From NCBI GenBank assembly GCA_964270895.1, contig OZ185437.1: 64,000 nt of DNA; one strand, written 5' to 3'. Each line of letters begins with the position of its first letter. The first letter of the stretch is position 1. The notes beneath the pieces were generated by a model. It saw nothing but the letters and a program-made list of their open reading frames with translations, did no database searches and was not told the origin of the DNA. Positions 37,914 through 50,040 of this stretch are shown in pieces. Position numbers and translations under genes: made by a program. This DNA comes from Podarcis filfolensis. Taxonomy: Eukaryota.

Positions 37914-40900
37914 AGCCTGCCTTATATAGCTGTGCTGGCTGAGGCTGATGGATGTTGGAGTCCAAAAAGGCACTAGGTTGTTGAAGCCTGATTTACAGGA
38001 TTTCTGTTGCTATGCACTCCTTCCTCCAAGATTTGCTTGATTAGGTTTTTCACCTGGTTTGTCTTTCTAAAATGAGCCTTTTGCACTGTTGCACCTTAAT
38101 AAATGTGATGCGTTGTGCTGGAGAGAGAGGAACGTTGAGATGGGATTTGAAGTATCTGAGTGAAGTCGTATGCACCAGCCACAATGACACACACTGGATG
38201 TAACAGAAATAAAAATGTTTTGATAATGAAGAAGGGGCAGGGCAATGTAGTTGAGACAGTGGGACATTTGTAGTGTGTGTGTGTGTATGTGTTTAATGGC
38301 AAGAAATCCTTGCAAGCCACAGAGTTCGTTTGATAAGATAAACACCTCCATCCTTCTCTATAAATTGAATCACTTTTATGCATAAGGTGGGAGAAATGGT
38401 ATATTTTGGAAAACTGTTATATCAAGAAAGAGTCACCTGGTTGAACAACAGGTTATACAGGTCTTAGACGGGGTTTGCTGCAGTTGAGCTTTTTCTGTAT
38501 GCAGCTTTTTCATCTTTTTATTTTCCTTTATTACATTGATAAATTCTCCCATAACAGATGGAATCTGCTGGGATGGTGGTTCAAGATAAGAAGGTGCAAA
38601 GATAGGTCAAGCTTCTCTGTTAAGGCATCAGACAAAAATATAATTGAATTTTCTCTTTGAAAAAGAACAACAAACCAACAGCTATGAGGACCAAAGAAGT
38701 ATTCTTCAAACTTGCTTCCCTGCCATTTCTTCCATTCTCAAGCATCCCTTTGCATTTCCAGACTGTGAAAAGCCATGGATAAATAGTTTCCTATGAAAGC
38801 TTGTTGAGGTGTATCTTTTTATAGCCAACACTGAATGGCCAGACTAGATGATTTCATGCACAGATTTTGTGACATCCATCTACTCTTTTTTGCTGTTTTA
38901 TTCATTTTTACGGACGCTTAAAAACATCCGAGACCAGTTTCAATCATCTAGAAATAGCCCGTCATATTTACTTTGTCAGATGCCTTTTGTAGCCTTATTC
39001 CGGCACTACCGAAAACCCTAAGGCTGCCCTAAGCTCCTCCATTCCTGTGTATCACTACAGGATGGAAAACAGTGCAGCTTATATTTGTTTGAGAATAGTG
39101 GATGAGCCACAGCATCCTGTGTGTTCAAAGGGTTGTATTAGCCCACACAGTTTGGTCCCAAACTGTCATAAAGAATTAAAAAGATAAACATATGAAAACT
39201 GCCTGAGGCAAAGCTGCTCTAACCCAGTGTTGTCTACTCTGGCTGGCAGCACCTCTCTGGCGTCTCAGCCAAGGGGGCTTCCCAACCACGATAGCATCTA
39301 GAACATGTATTCTAAAACTGAGCTATTCTCCCACCATCACTTGCCACACAACTCCTCATAATATATACAAAGCAGGGGCCTAAAAGGGAAGACAATTGTA
39401 AGTAGGTTACATATTTTTTTTCCAGGTAAGTGTTTGACATTTCTGGTTGTTGGAAGTTAAGTCTAGTTCTTTTAAAGGCCGTTGTGCTGAAAATCCTCAT
39501 GCATATATCAACAGCTCTTGGCAAGGACAGCTTCATTTGCATCCTCTCTCCCCGGCCTTTTCAGTTTGATTATGGAAGTAGCTGGGGACACTCGTTTTCA
39601 GTGTTCACATCAAATGAAAGGAAGCCCATTTTCACCGTCCATTTATAAAACTCCATCCCACCCTGCGGACACACAAACACACACAGAGTTCAGTAGACTA
39701 GAATGACAGTCAAAGGACGCCGAAGTGGAAACCTGGGATAACATGCTGTTTAGCTCTGAAGCGCCATGTTAATAATGTGCAGAATCAGACATACCATAAG
39801 GTACAGCAGGGTAGAGAGCAAGGAAAGAGCAGTGTCCCCTGGCAGACTGGAAAATAAGGCTGATGTACCTTGAGCGCCATTGCTGTGTTTGTGTGGGAGA
39901 TGGAGACACTGATGGATGGATGCATTGACTGATCGGTTTTAGGGTAATAGAATGTGTTTGCATATAGCTATAGATATATAAATTAGTGGCTCATGCAGCA
40001 TGGCTTTCTGAGTGAATGTTTTCTTTTCTGCTATAATCTATCCTGAGAATTTCTGATTATCCAACTCACCAATGTCGTTGCTACTTATTTTAGGCTTTCC
40101 TTTTAAGTAGAAAAAAAAAGAAAAGTGGATGAAGCAATTTAGGCTTAGATCCTCTTGATGAAGAGGGTTGATTTAGGAACACAGGAAGCTGCCCTATACT
40201 AAGTCAGCTCATTAGTCCATCTTCAGCATTTCAAACAGGGCCTCTCCTAGCCTTACCTGAGGCGTTCTGCGCACCAAGCAGATGCTCTGCTATTGAGCTG
40301 TGGTCCTTCCCGCTAAGATGCCACTTTTCCCTGCCTGAAGAAATGTAGTGGATGCCCAAGAGCAGTTTGCAGCTATTTGCATTCATCACAACCTAATTTG
40401 CTTAGGAAGAAAAACAGATTCAGAAGCAACAGCAGGGCAAAACTCCTACTGCAGTCTACAGAGTTGTGAGCAAGATTTCTCATGCACCAGAACACTTATC
40501 TTCTTCAAATTGGATGTTAAAATGTGGGTGGGAAGATAAGATATTGCTGGACATGATGAAAAGGGCTCCAGTGTTCCATTTGTCTTTGGATGGATTACGG
40601 GGGCGATTGTGGAGTCTTAGGCTTTGTACACATTGCTGTTAACGCTGGGTCCAATGCACTCCCACCGCTGGTTTTTGAAACTGTGTACCTGTGGTGTTAG
40701 CCACAATCCATACCTACCCTGTAGTTCCTTGAGAAATCCTGCTGTTTTATGTGTTTCCCCTCATCCTATTTGAAAATGTAAGCCACATTCACTTTGCAGT
40801 TAAGTGGGGTGTGTACATTTGAGATAGCCATTGTGCATGCACAGATGACAGCTTCATGAAAAGGAGTTCAGGGAGAGAGTCACAGAGAAACAAACAGGCA

Positions 40901-41639
40901 ATGTGCATTGGGTGAAAACATCCCTGCCCTCTGTCTGATGTGCGCAGCAAAGTGCAAATGTGACTTGAAATACGGGGGTGGGGGAACGAGCTCGCTGCAT
41001 TTTAAGCTGCTAAGGCTTACCAAGCCTTAGACTGCAATCCTGTGCATGCTTAACTGGCAGTAACTCACGCTAAACAGCTCTTTTATGGTGCAACCTGAAT
41101 ATTTTTGCACTTAGCATGGGGAAACCGAATGAGCAGCACAATCTTAAACATGTTCACTTGGGAGCAAGGCCTTTGGATTTCAGTGGCAGCTGCTCTCTGA
41201 CAGGGAATCTTTCCCAGGAGATACTGGGGACTGAGCCTGAGACCTTCTACATGCAGCTCAGGTGCCCTGCCACTGACCTATTTCCCTTCCCCAACATCAC
41301 ATGATGTGACTGTGAAGCAGCAGTGCACTGATGTCATATCCAGATTTGCAGATCCTACACCCCCCTCCATTGGAAACATAAAGATGCAGAGCAAAAGTAG
41401 GCAATACAGGAGCATACCCACATTTTAAAACCACACAACTGATGGCTTCCTAACTTAGAGAGTAGCAAGTGCTGTCTAATGCAGCTTTGAGCATCCCCAT
41501 CAGCCTTCCAGTTCCCAGGGTTCCTCGGAAGATGCCAGGTCAGCTAAAGTGGTATACAACCAATGTAGGTTTTATAGTGTAGATATGCCCTAGAGTGAGT
41601 GACAGCAGAGCACACAAGTTAGATGACTTCCGCTATGGG

Positions 41640-41952
41640 ATGCAATAGCATTCGCCCTCATAAGATGGAGTTGATGACCACCAACTAGGATGATGGTTTC
41701 AGGAGAAGATTAGACTCATTCATGGAGGGTAAAGCTATCAATGGGTACCAGCCACGATGGCTGCCTCCAGTGCGTGAGGCAGTATACCACTTTGTAGCCA
41801 CTGGGGATCACAAGTGGGGAGAATGCTTTTGCGTTCTTGTTCTGCTTGTGAGCTTCTCATTGACATCTGGTTGAAAAGGATGCCGTGTGAGAATAGGATG
41901 CTAGACTAGATGGGCCCTGGATTTGATTCAGCAGGTCTCTTCTTAGGTTCCT
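41640..41952 (+). mobile_element. Old CR1 LINE 3' fragment
   Basis: GATTAGAC..ATTCATGGAGG.TAAAGCTATCAATGG.TACCAGCCA...GTGAGAATAGGATGCTAGACTAGATGGGCC...GATTCAGCAGG.CTCTTCTTA.GTTCCT, CR1 3' end. Confidence 0.72.
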
Positions 41953-42199
41953 CAGAAAATTATCCCATGCAGTTGTGGTTTTTGCAGAGGCATTTGTGAG
42001 CCGTTGCATATTACTAACATAGAATGCCATCATTTCAAGTGCATGGTGCAATAACCCACTGATTTCTTCCTTGAATTTGTGCAGTTTCCTCTTTTCTTTT
42101 ACTTCCTTCCCTTTCTTTTCTTTTTCTTTTCTTGTTTTTACTTCCCTCGCCTTACTCTTGAATCTGTATTCTTCTTCTCCTTCTCCTTCTCTGTTTCAG

Positions 42200-42306
42200 C
42201 AAAGTGGTATCAATCAAAGTAATTGATGATGAGGAGTATGAGAAAAACAAGACGTTCTACGTTGAGATTGGGGAGCCCCGTCTGGTGGAGATGAGTGAAA
42301 AGAAAG
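42200..42306 (+). CDS. SLC8A1: SLC8A1/NCX1 mutually exclusive exon A (107 nt; CBD2 Ca2+-binding variant)
   Basis: tttcAG|C AAA GTG ... AAG AAA G|GTga; translates (V)KVVSIKVIDDEEYEKNKTFYVEIGEPRLVEMSEKK, matching mammalian exon A (KTISVKVIDDEEYEKNKTFFLEIGEPRLVEMSEKK, recalled). Long polypyrimidine tract upstream. Confidence 0.97.
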
Positions 42307-43280
42307 GTGAAAAGGACCGGCTGTGTGGGGCTGAGCCCTACCTGTATGCACCTGACTTGATCACTCATGGATGCCTGGCACATTCCCATTCATGGAGTCT
42401 CAAAAACACACATTCCCTTATCTATGTAAAGGGGCAGAGAGCTGAGTCACTGGCCACAAAGGCCATTGCTAGAATGTCCTGAGCTCAAATTTTCCATTTG
42501 CTGTAAAATTCAGGCACAATCTTGGAAAGAGTAGCATCTGGTTAATTTAAATTCTATTTAGTTCAGCAGAACAACCAGTATTTAACCTATGTTCAATACT
42601 GGTATGGCAAGCAAAAACCTTTTTCCCCTTGACTGAGGTCCAGGGCACCGTACTATGTGACAAATCTGTGTTCTGCCATGAAGCTAAATTGGTGGCTGTG
42701 AGGAAATGGTGTTATAATTCCTTTCAGGCATTCATTCTCTGGAGAATGAACACCCGTGTGGGGCAAAAAGGATGAGTAGCAGGTTTTGTGAACGAGGGTT
42801 GGATTCAGACAGTCTAATGTGTTCACATGGGTCGTGGGGAGAACCTGCCAAGGTTCTTAATGCCACGCACATTCCTTCTCCATAGAATGAACATCTGAAA
42901 AGGGCTCATGCCTCACCCTTATCTACCTTATAGGTTGTTTGAATAAACTGTCTTAACCTCTCGAGATTCAGAGACTTATGCTTGAGATAAAATACTGGCA
43001 CGGTTGTAATTAGAATCAAATCCTCCTTGGCTCTACCTGAATGCAATGCTAACTTTGTGAGGGGGCTCTTAACCAAACGGAATCAGACAAGGAGGTTTCT
43101 GGAACAGAGGTTTTCTGCTCTTTTACATACATAAAAGAGGGATGTGTGGCAGTGTGTTCCCCTCCATTGCCATTGCAGACTGCCGCTACCTCGACTGGTC
43201 AGACTTAAAAGCATGTGTGTGCTTGTGTGTGTGTGTGTAAAGCCAACCATTTGTTTTGCCTTTGTCTTGTTTCCCCACAG

Positions 43281-43384
43281 GAAATACATTACCCTTAGAA
43301 TACTTGACCGAGAGGAATATGAGAAAGAGTGCAGTTTCTTCCTTGTGCTTGAGGAACCAATATGGATCCGAAGAGGAATGAAAG
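43281..43384 (+). CDS. SLC8A1: SLC8A1/NCX1 mutually exclusive exon B (104 nt)
   Basis: ccacAG|G AAA TAC ... ATG AAA G|GTgtga; translates KYITLRILDREEYEKECSFFLVLEEPIWIRRGMK, matching mammalian exon B (KIITIRIFDREEYEKECSFSLVLEEPKWIRRGMK, recalled). Same entry and exit phases as exon A. Confidence 0.97.
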
Positions 43385-45284
43385 GTGTGAGAGCAAACCC
43401 AGGCAGCTCACAAGAAACTGGGGACTTCTTCCTCTGATTATGTTTCTCTCCTCTCACAACTTTCTGACTTGGCTTCCACTTAGCTTGCCCTTGGCCTCTG
43501 TCAAAGTTCAGCAGTTTTAATTTAGTTTCTCTCTCTCTTCCTTTTTTTGAAAAGAAATAAAAATGATGACATTCCTGCTGCTTATTACGTCCCGCTTAAA
43601 TACATCGTAAAACATAAATATAACGGGCCCTTTGAATAATATAAAATCCAAATAATAGGACATAGGGTTTATGATAACCATTAGGTATATTTTAACCAAG
43701 TATCATTCTCACAGGTCCAGTTTCCACAGTATCCTCTTAATGAGGCCCAAACAATATATTACACACCACATGTAGTGGTAGCCTTTGTGTTGAAGTCAGA
43801 CACAGCAAATTAACTGTACAATGCCTTAGACTTTTCTCTCCCGTTCGTCTGTTCCAGGGTACTGACCACGGTGCAGGGGGTGGAATCATAGATATTATGG
43901 AATATCCACATCCATCCAACACCCCCTCTCTCATCCTAACCTACCTTGCAAGGTTGTTGTGAGCATAAAACAGGATAACTCCATCTATGCCACCCTGAAC
44001 TCCTTGGAGAAAGGGGAAGCTGCGATGTGATAATTATTAAGCAGCAGCTACTGCTGCTGCAAAACAGACTTTCAGACTACCCCTAACTCCTCTTCCAGAG
44101 GTTGCAACAGGCAAAGTAGTGAGTTTCAACTCACATGTTTCCTCATTAAGAACAGAACGTGAGAATAAACCTGAAGTGTGAGGAAGACTTCCCTGAGAAG
44201 GTGTGGCTCCTCCTGGCATTGTGAACCTATTTTACTAGATTGTAACACGTTCCCACATGTTGTGGCATTGCCAGCAGTGAATAATATTAAATAGGATGCC
44301 CATATATATTAACAGCATTGCCAGGCAATACAATAAAGCAACAGAGCAAGAATATGCCATACAGTGTAAATGAATTGTATGAGGATCACACAGTGCAATC
44401 CTGGATAAATTTCGAAATATGTCAAGATTCATTGCACCTGAGAATTTATCCAATTACTGTGGACGTTAGCCAAACCTACTTGGATTATATTTCCACCAAT
44501 CTTGAATCATCCTGTTTGATGTAGCAATAGTAGCTCAATATTGCAGTTGGCTTGCAGACCTTTTCCATTCCAACAGTGATGATTTGCAATTTACAGATAA
44601 CAGTGTCCATTTCTGGCTGGTTAAGGTGAGCAGTGACTGGGTGACCTAAAGCAGTATTTCCCTGAGAAAGGGTTCTTATGAGCCATCATAAGGGAAGTCC
44701 TTATTTAGCTTTCCCAAGTACAACTGAAGGAAAACAGACATAACTGCTTGGGTGATAGTGCTGACGCTGGCAGATTAAAGGAGAAAAGGAAGGAAGATGA
44801 GAGCAGTGAAGATCTGTGTTGTGCTTTTAAGCTTCTTTGTGGAAGTAACGTCCACATAAAAGCAAAAACCCATGGGAAATAAGCTGTTACTTTTAGCATT
44901 GTCAGTTACCCCCCAGAATGCAGGGAAGCACATGATAGCTTGGGAGAGGTGGGTCTGAAATCTGTTCCCATCTGTACCCAGCATCCTTAGGCAGCTCCCA
45001 GGGTCACAGGGAAGGGCACCACCAATGCCTACTCTATACCCACCCTTAAAAAAACAATTCAGTTCAGTGCTCATAGCAGTGCTGAATGGCAGACTCTAGT
45101 TGCCCCTTTAACTTCCCCCAGTGCCCCCAATGTATCTGCATTCTTGGGCATTATAGGAAATTAAAATTTGAGCTGGAGCCAGCCAGCTTGTGCTACTCAG
45201 AATGCAAGTGCTTCCCATTGCAGCCCACCATCGCTAACAGGCAGGCCCACCGGTGGCCACTGATGTGAGAGAGGGACCACCAGT

Positions 45285-45412
45285 TTAGCACATACCCCTA
45301 AACATTTTGTGAATCTATGTTTGGCCTCATTGAGGAGCAGTATTTCAATATGAGTAGGAAAATGAGAGTACCCCTAAACATTTTTTTAGAAAGAAAAAAA
45401 AAGCACTGGGGA
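45285..45412. mobile_element. Probable hAT-derived lizard repeat fragment
   Basis: Internal direct repeat TACCCCTAAACATTTT (twice) and AAAAAAAAGCACTG terminus, recalled as a common lacertid repeat end. Confidence 0.45.
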
Positions 45413-45457
45413 CCACCATAGGCTTGCTTTTTTGCCAGTCCCCTAGAGCTGGCTTTT

Positions 45458-45801
45458 GGGACGTGGGTGGTGCTGTGGGTTAAACCATAGAGCCTAAGGC
45501 TTGCCAATCAGAAGGTCGGCGGTTCGAATCCCTGTGACGGGGTGAGCTCCCGTTGCTCAGTCCCTGCTCCTGCCAACCTAGCAGTTCAAAAGCACATCAA
45601 AGTGCAAGTAGATAAATAGGTGGGAAGGTAAACGGTGTTTCTGTGTGCTGCTCTGGTTCTCCAGAAGTGGCTTAGTCATGCTGGCCACATGACCCAGAAG
45701 CTGTACGCTGGCTCCCTCAGCCAATAAAGCGAGATGAGCGCCGCAACCCCAGAGTCAGCCATGACTGGACCTGTTGGTCGGGGTCCTTTACCTTTACCTT
45801 T
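45458..45801 (+). mobile_element. Sauria SINE (Squam1), near full length
   Basis: GGGACGTGGGTGGTGCTGTGG (A box)...GGTTCGAATCC (B box)...(ACCTTT)n tail; TSD GAGCTGGCTTT at 45446-45456 and 45803-45813. Confidence 0.9.
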
Positions 45802-47280
45802 GGAGCTGGCTTTGCTTTCAATGCAGAGAAAAAATACAGATAGAGAAGAGTGAGAGAAGAGCTTAGCTATTGAGCCCAGTCTCCCAGAATATGCTAGTGC
45901 CCTCTTAAGATGCATCTACATTTGTTGCTTTTCTATGGGTTAAAGGAACATAGGATTCTTCATCCAAATGGTGTCTTTCACATTGCACTTGCTCCTGACC
46001 CAGACTGGAATCGGTTCTCAGTCATTATGATTCCCCCTCCTGTCTGCAGAGGGGAAATGCACTTGTCTTCCACATTACAGGATAGGAATGGTGTCCACAG
46101 AAAAATGCTCCTGCACTGCCTTAAGTGTTCCTCGGGGGCCAATGTTCTGTGGTTTTCTGCTTCCAGTGCTCAAAGATGAAGACAAAATTCCAAATGAAAG
46201 CACAACCTCAATAAGGCTTTTGTCATAGCTGCAAGGAAACATCACACTGAATGGATTGGATAATGTGCAGAGCAGCCAGATTAAATATTTTGTGAATGCA
46301 CTCTGCAAGCACAGTGTGTGTTCTGTAGCATGTAAGGCAGATAAATTTCATTCTGTGTGCACATGGCTAGGAGCTAGGGCCATTGACAGTTTCTTGCAAG
46401 CCATGAATGTTGAGAAATAAAGCACATGTATGCTCTTGTCCACATTACAGGGTACTGCGCAAGTACACACATCACATATCAAACACAGGAAAGAACCCTA
46501 ATTAATCTCATCCAAAGAAATTTATTTAACTGTAACAGGATCACAGTGTAAACACATCTCACTTGAGTGACCCAGGACACTGTTTTTTTATGTATACTGG
46601 CCTGGTGCCAGTATAGCAGGAAAAGAACCTTTGCTTTTCAACCCAGTAAAGCTGGAGGCATATAGTCAAAACATGATTAAGAAAAGTGACAAGGCTATGA
46701 CCTCTGACCCAGCACTTCATCATAAGTAGAACAAAATTGTTTCATTTATACATCCCTTATCTCTAAGTCACATAAAAGTTCCTCAAAATCAGCCACAGAT
46801 GTATTTTACAAGGAACCCTCTCCTGCCCTGCTGACATTCAACATCCAGACTTTAAGAAGTTAAGTGAAATTGTTTTGCTTTTGCAAAGGGAAAATAATTT
46901 ACAGCATATGGCTCTACTGCATAGTATAGCCATAAACTGAGTTTACGTCCTGAAATCAAACAAGGTGGACTTGCAATTAAAACAATTCCGCATTTCCAGG
47001 ATAAAAAAAGAAGCACTGATGCAGAAAATTCAGCAGTACAGCCGTAGATCTCAAACTGTGGAGTAGGTCTCCCGAGGAGACTCTGAAAAGCTGCCTGTAG
47101 ATCTGTGAGTTCCTCTCTAATGCTTCATTAGATGCATCTAGACTGGCAGAGAGATGCTGCCGTCCCCCTCCCTTTCTTATAGGGGGCTTTGAACGATAGA
47201 AAGAATTATAAAACTGAAAGGTAATCACTGGGTCACCTAGCCCAACTTTCTTTTTTGGAAGCTTACAGCCACTAGAAGTA

Positions 47281-47407
47281 TCATGGAATCATAGTGTTGG
47301 AAGGGCTCTCTGCCCCCAAACCCCCTGCATTGCAGGACTCTTTAGTCCAAAGTAGGGTTCAAACCCATGACACTGAGATTAAGAGTCTCTTGCTCTACTG
47401 CCGAAGC
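47281..47407 (-). mobile_element. tRNA(Lys)-derived SINE with CR1 tail
   Basis: GAGATTAAGAGTCTC (reverse of the tRNA-Lys anticodon arm GAGACTCTTAATCTC) plus CR1 tail; family of 3831-3966. Confidence 0.72.
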
Positions 47408-48436
47408 CAACTCAGACCTACTTCTAATACAACCGTTCCATACACAGAGAGATCCACCCTTGTGTAAGAAGGCAGTGGAAAGATGTTCACACACAAGTCT
47501 CTTTTCATATGCTGGAATAAGGATGGATGGATCACCATATTTCTATTCCTTGCTGCCTTCATCCCCCCCCCCAACTGGATCACTTTTGTCCTGTTTATGG
47601 GTGCACTTTAAGAGAAAATAAATAAATGGAAATGGTGTGGCCATGTTTTTCCCGTACAATTCCCCAGTCAATTCTTGAAAGCATCTTAAAAAGGCTTTCT
47701 TCACTGTGAGGCCACAGAGCTGCTCTAAGATCACTTAAAATGTGTTAAAAGTTAAAATGAACCACCTTGCAAATACAGTGCAGGTGCATGCATGGTTCAA
47801 CCTGTTGATTAAATGGCTCAGTCCTCAGATCAGTCTTTCAGTCCACATGAGAGTCTCAAGATGGGGTGCAAAGGGAACATTTGCTCCAAAATGCAGAGCA
47901 AACCAGAACCCTCCTCAAACCCCATGCCAGAAGCCAGTACCTTCCTTCCAGGTATGTGTTATTGAGCAATTAATAGTCACAAAAAAATGTTTGCTCAGAA
48001 GGAGACTCGTTTAAAAGGAGGAATCACTGCTTGTAGCATTATATGCTCATCTCACTTTCCCTCCTGCTCAGTTAGGTTTTGCGGGCTTTTTATTGTTTCA
48101 GAAACACGTCAAAGCATATTTGACTAGAGGCAACAGTGGGACAAAAAAGATGTCTATGTTCCCCAGCCTTTGCCAAGTTGGTGTCCCATCAGTTCCATCC
48201 AGCATAGTGTACACCACAGGGAACAAAGACTCTTTCAAGCCACTTTCAACTTCCTTAAAACTATGGTCTGTCTGCAACCATAGAATAGCTGGACATCTTT
48301 GTACACCCATGGGTACCACTGTAAAACTGGGAGCAGAAGCCCCTGGGGTTGATTGTATTACTAGACAACCAAGCAACCTGTTTTGGAATGGCTGTTTTTA
48401 AACACATTTTGCTTTTCCTCCAGGGATGCTTTCAGG

Positions 48437-48481
<45 letters not shown>

Positions 48482-48840
48482 AATAATTTATTTATACTCC
48501 ACCCACCTGGCTGAGTTTCCCCAGCCACTCTGGGTAGCTCTCAATCGAGTGTTAAAAACAATACAGTATTAAATATTAAAAACTTCCCTAAACAGGGCTG
48601 CCTTCAGATGTCTTTTAAAGAGAAGATAGCTGCTTATTTCCTTGACATCTGAAGGGAGGGCGTTCCACAGGGCGGGTGCCACTACCGAGAAGGCCCTCTG
48701 TCTGGTTCCCTGTAACCTCACTTCTTGCAATGAGGGAACCGCCAGAAGGCCCTCGGCGCTGGATCTCAGTGTCCGGGCTGAACGATGGGGGTGGAAACGC
48801 TCCTTCAGGTATACAGGACCGAGGCCGTTTAGGGCTTTAA
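48437..48840 (-). mobile_element. Young L2 LINE 3' fragment with (AAC)14 tail microsatellite
   Basis: Minus-strand ORF 48569-48847 KALNGLGPVYLKERFHPHRSARTLRSSAEGLLAVP...RAFSVVAPALWNALPSDVKEISSYLLFKRHLKAALFREVF is an L2-clade ORF2 C-terminus; (AAC)n at 48437-48480. Confidence 0.9.
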
Positions 48841-49905
48841 AGAGCACATTATTTCCTCCCCATTTTTCTTACCAGCTTACCACTGAGCACAAGCTGGGAC
48901 AAAACATCGAAATACTCGTAGTTTTATTTCACATGCTGGCTACCAATGCAAAGCTTGTTTTAAAGTCTTGAAACTCTTGTGGCCTTCCCCCAAAGCTCTG
49001 GGAATGAATTTGTTGGTTTTTTTGTGTGTAAGGACAAATTCCTGGCTAGAGTTCCATAGCCCCTTCACGAAAACGCTAGCCAAGATTTTGTAGGAAGGAC
49101 AGTGAGAAATGATCTTTAAAATCAGCATAACCACATTTACAGCTGATTTTTCACACATTGTAAGAAGAAGCTCGCAGTGTAGTGCATTAATTAGTCTTCA
49201 AGGTGTTGTAGGATTCTTTGGTTCCAAGGGTGAACTCCTCCTTACGCCTAGCTGAAATGCACGTTATATACATGGGGATGCTCTCGGGGTCTTTCAGCTC
49301 ACACTTTGGGACTTCCTCATTTCCCTCCACCCCCTGCTTGCCCTTTCCCTTTTGCCACATTCCCAGCTTACAAAGGGACTCCCTGACACAGTAACAAACA
49401 CTCTGAGGATGTAGTATTCCACAAAAGGCCCACACATGTGAACAGATGTGAGAAACGCGTATGTAGTAAACACTCTTTCCCCTCCTATAATTTTAGATAG
49501 AATAACAGCTTCTTAAAAATAATTTTTTAAAAGGCCAAGAATGAAGCAAACTCCCACAGGAATCCAATGGAACATATTCTTTCCTCAAACTTTTGGCAGA
49601 GCTGTAAATTGATACAGAATTAAGATCCGAATAAGGATCAAAAGAGTAGAATCTAAACACTGGGTGCATCGAATGTATTTTTTTTTAAGGTTTGTCACAG
49701 CTAATATATTAAATAACTGTGCATTTAATATTCCTCCACCATTTCACACACCACCCCCATGAAATGTTTCTCTCTTCCATTATTTTTCATGCTCTTTTCC
49801 TTTGTAGTAATGATGTCCTGCAGCTTTACAGATCTGCATTTTCTGGCCTTCTGGATCTGGAGCCTCTCTGTAGATGTTCCCTTTAATTTCATTGCTCATT
49901 GTCTT

Positions 49906-49930
49906 TTCTTCTTCTTCTTCTTCTTCTTCT
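49906..49930. repeat. (TTC)8 microsatellite within the exon C polypyrimidine tract
   Basis: Direct reading; ends 29 nt upstream of exon C. Confidence 0.93.
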
Positions 49931-49959
49931 GTGTTTGTCCCTCTGTGCGTTCTCCACAG

Positions 49960-49980
49960 CCCTGTTGTTGAATGAGCTTG
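49960..49980 (+). CDS. SLC8A1: SLC8A1 cassette exon C (21 nt, ALLLNEL-G)
   Basis: tctccacAG|CCCTGTTGTTGAATGAGCTTG|GTAAGC; phase 1-1; peptide matches mammalian exon C as recalled. Confidence 0.94.
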
Positions 49981-50022
49981 GTAAGCACCCCATTTCTTCT
50001 ATTTCTTTTCCATTTTTTCCAG

Positions 50023-50040
50023 TCAATCGATGTACTTTAT
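50023..50040 (+). other. Candidate unannotated 18-nt in-frame microexon (V-NRCTL), or alternative donor extending exon C by 60 nt
   Basis: 29-nt pyrimidine-rich tract + ccAG at 50021-50022, then TCAATCGATGTACTTTAT, then GTAAGT at 50041; phase 1-1, no stop. No transcript evidence available. Confidence 0.4.

Noticed and set aside
42407-43148. Possible docking/selector pairing CACACATTCCC (42407-42417) with GGGATGTGTG (43139-43148) between exons A and B
   Set aside because: Only about 10 bp with a bulge in simple CA/TG-rich sequence; not distinguishable from chance without covariation data.
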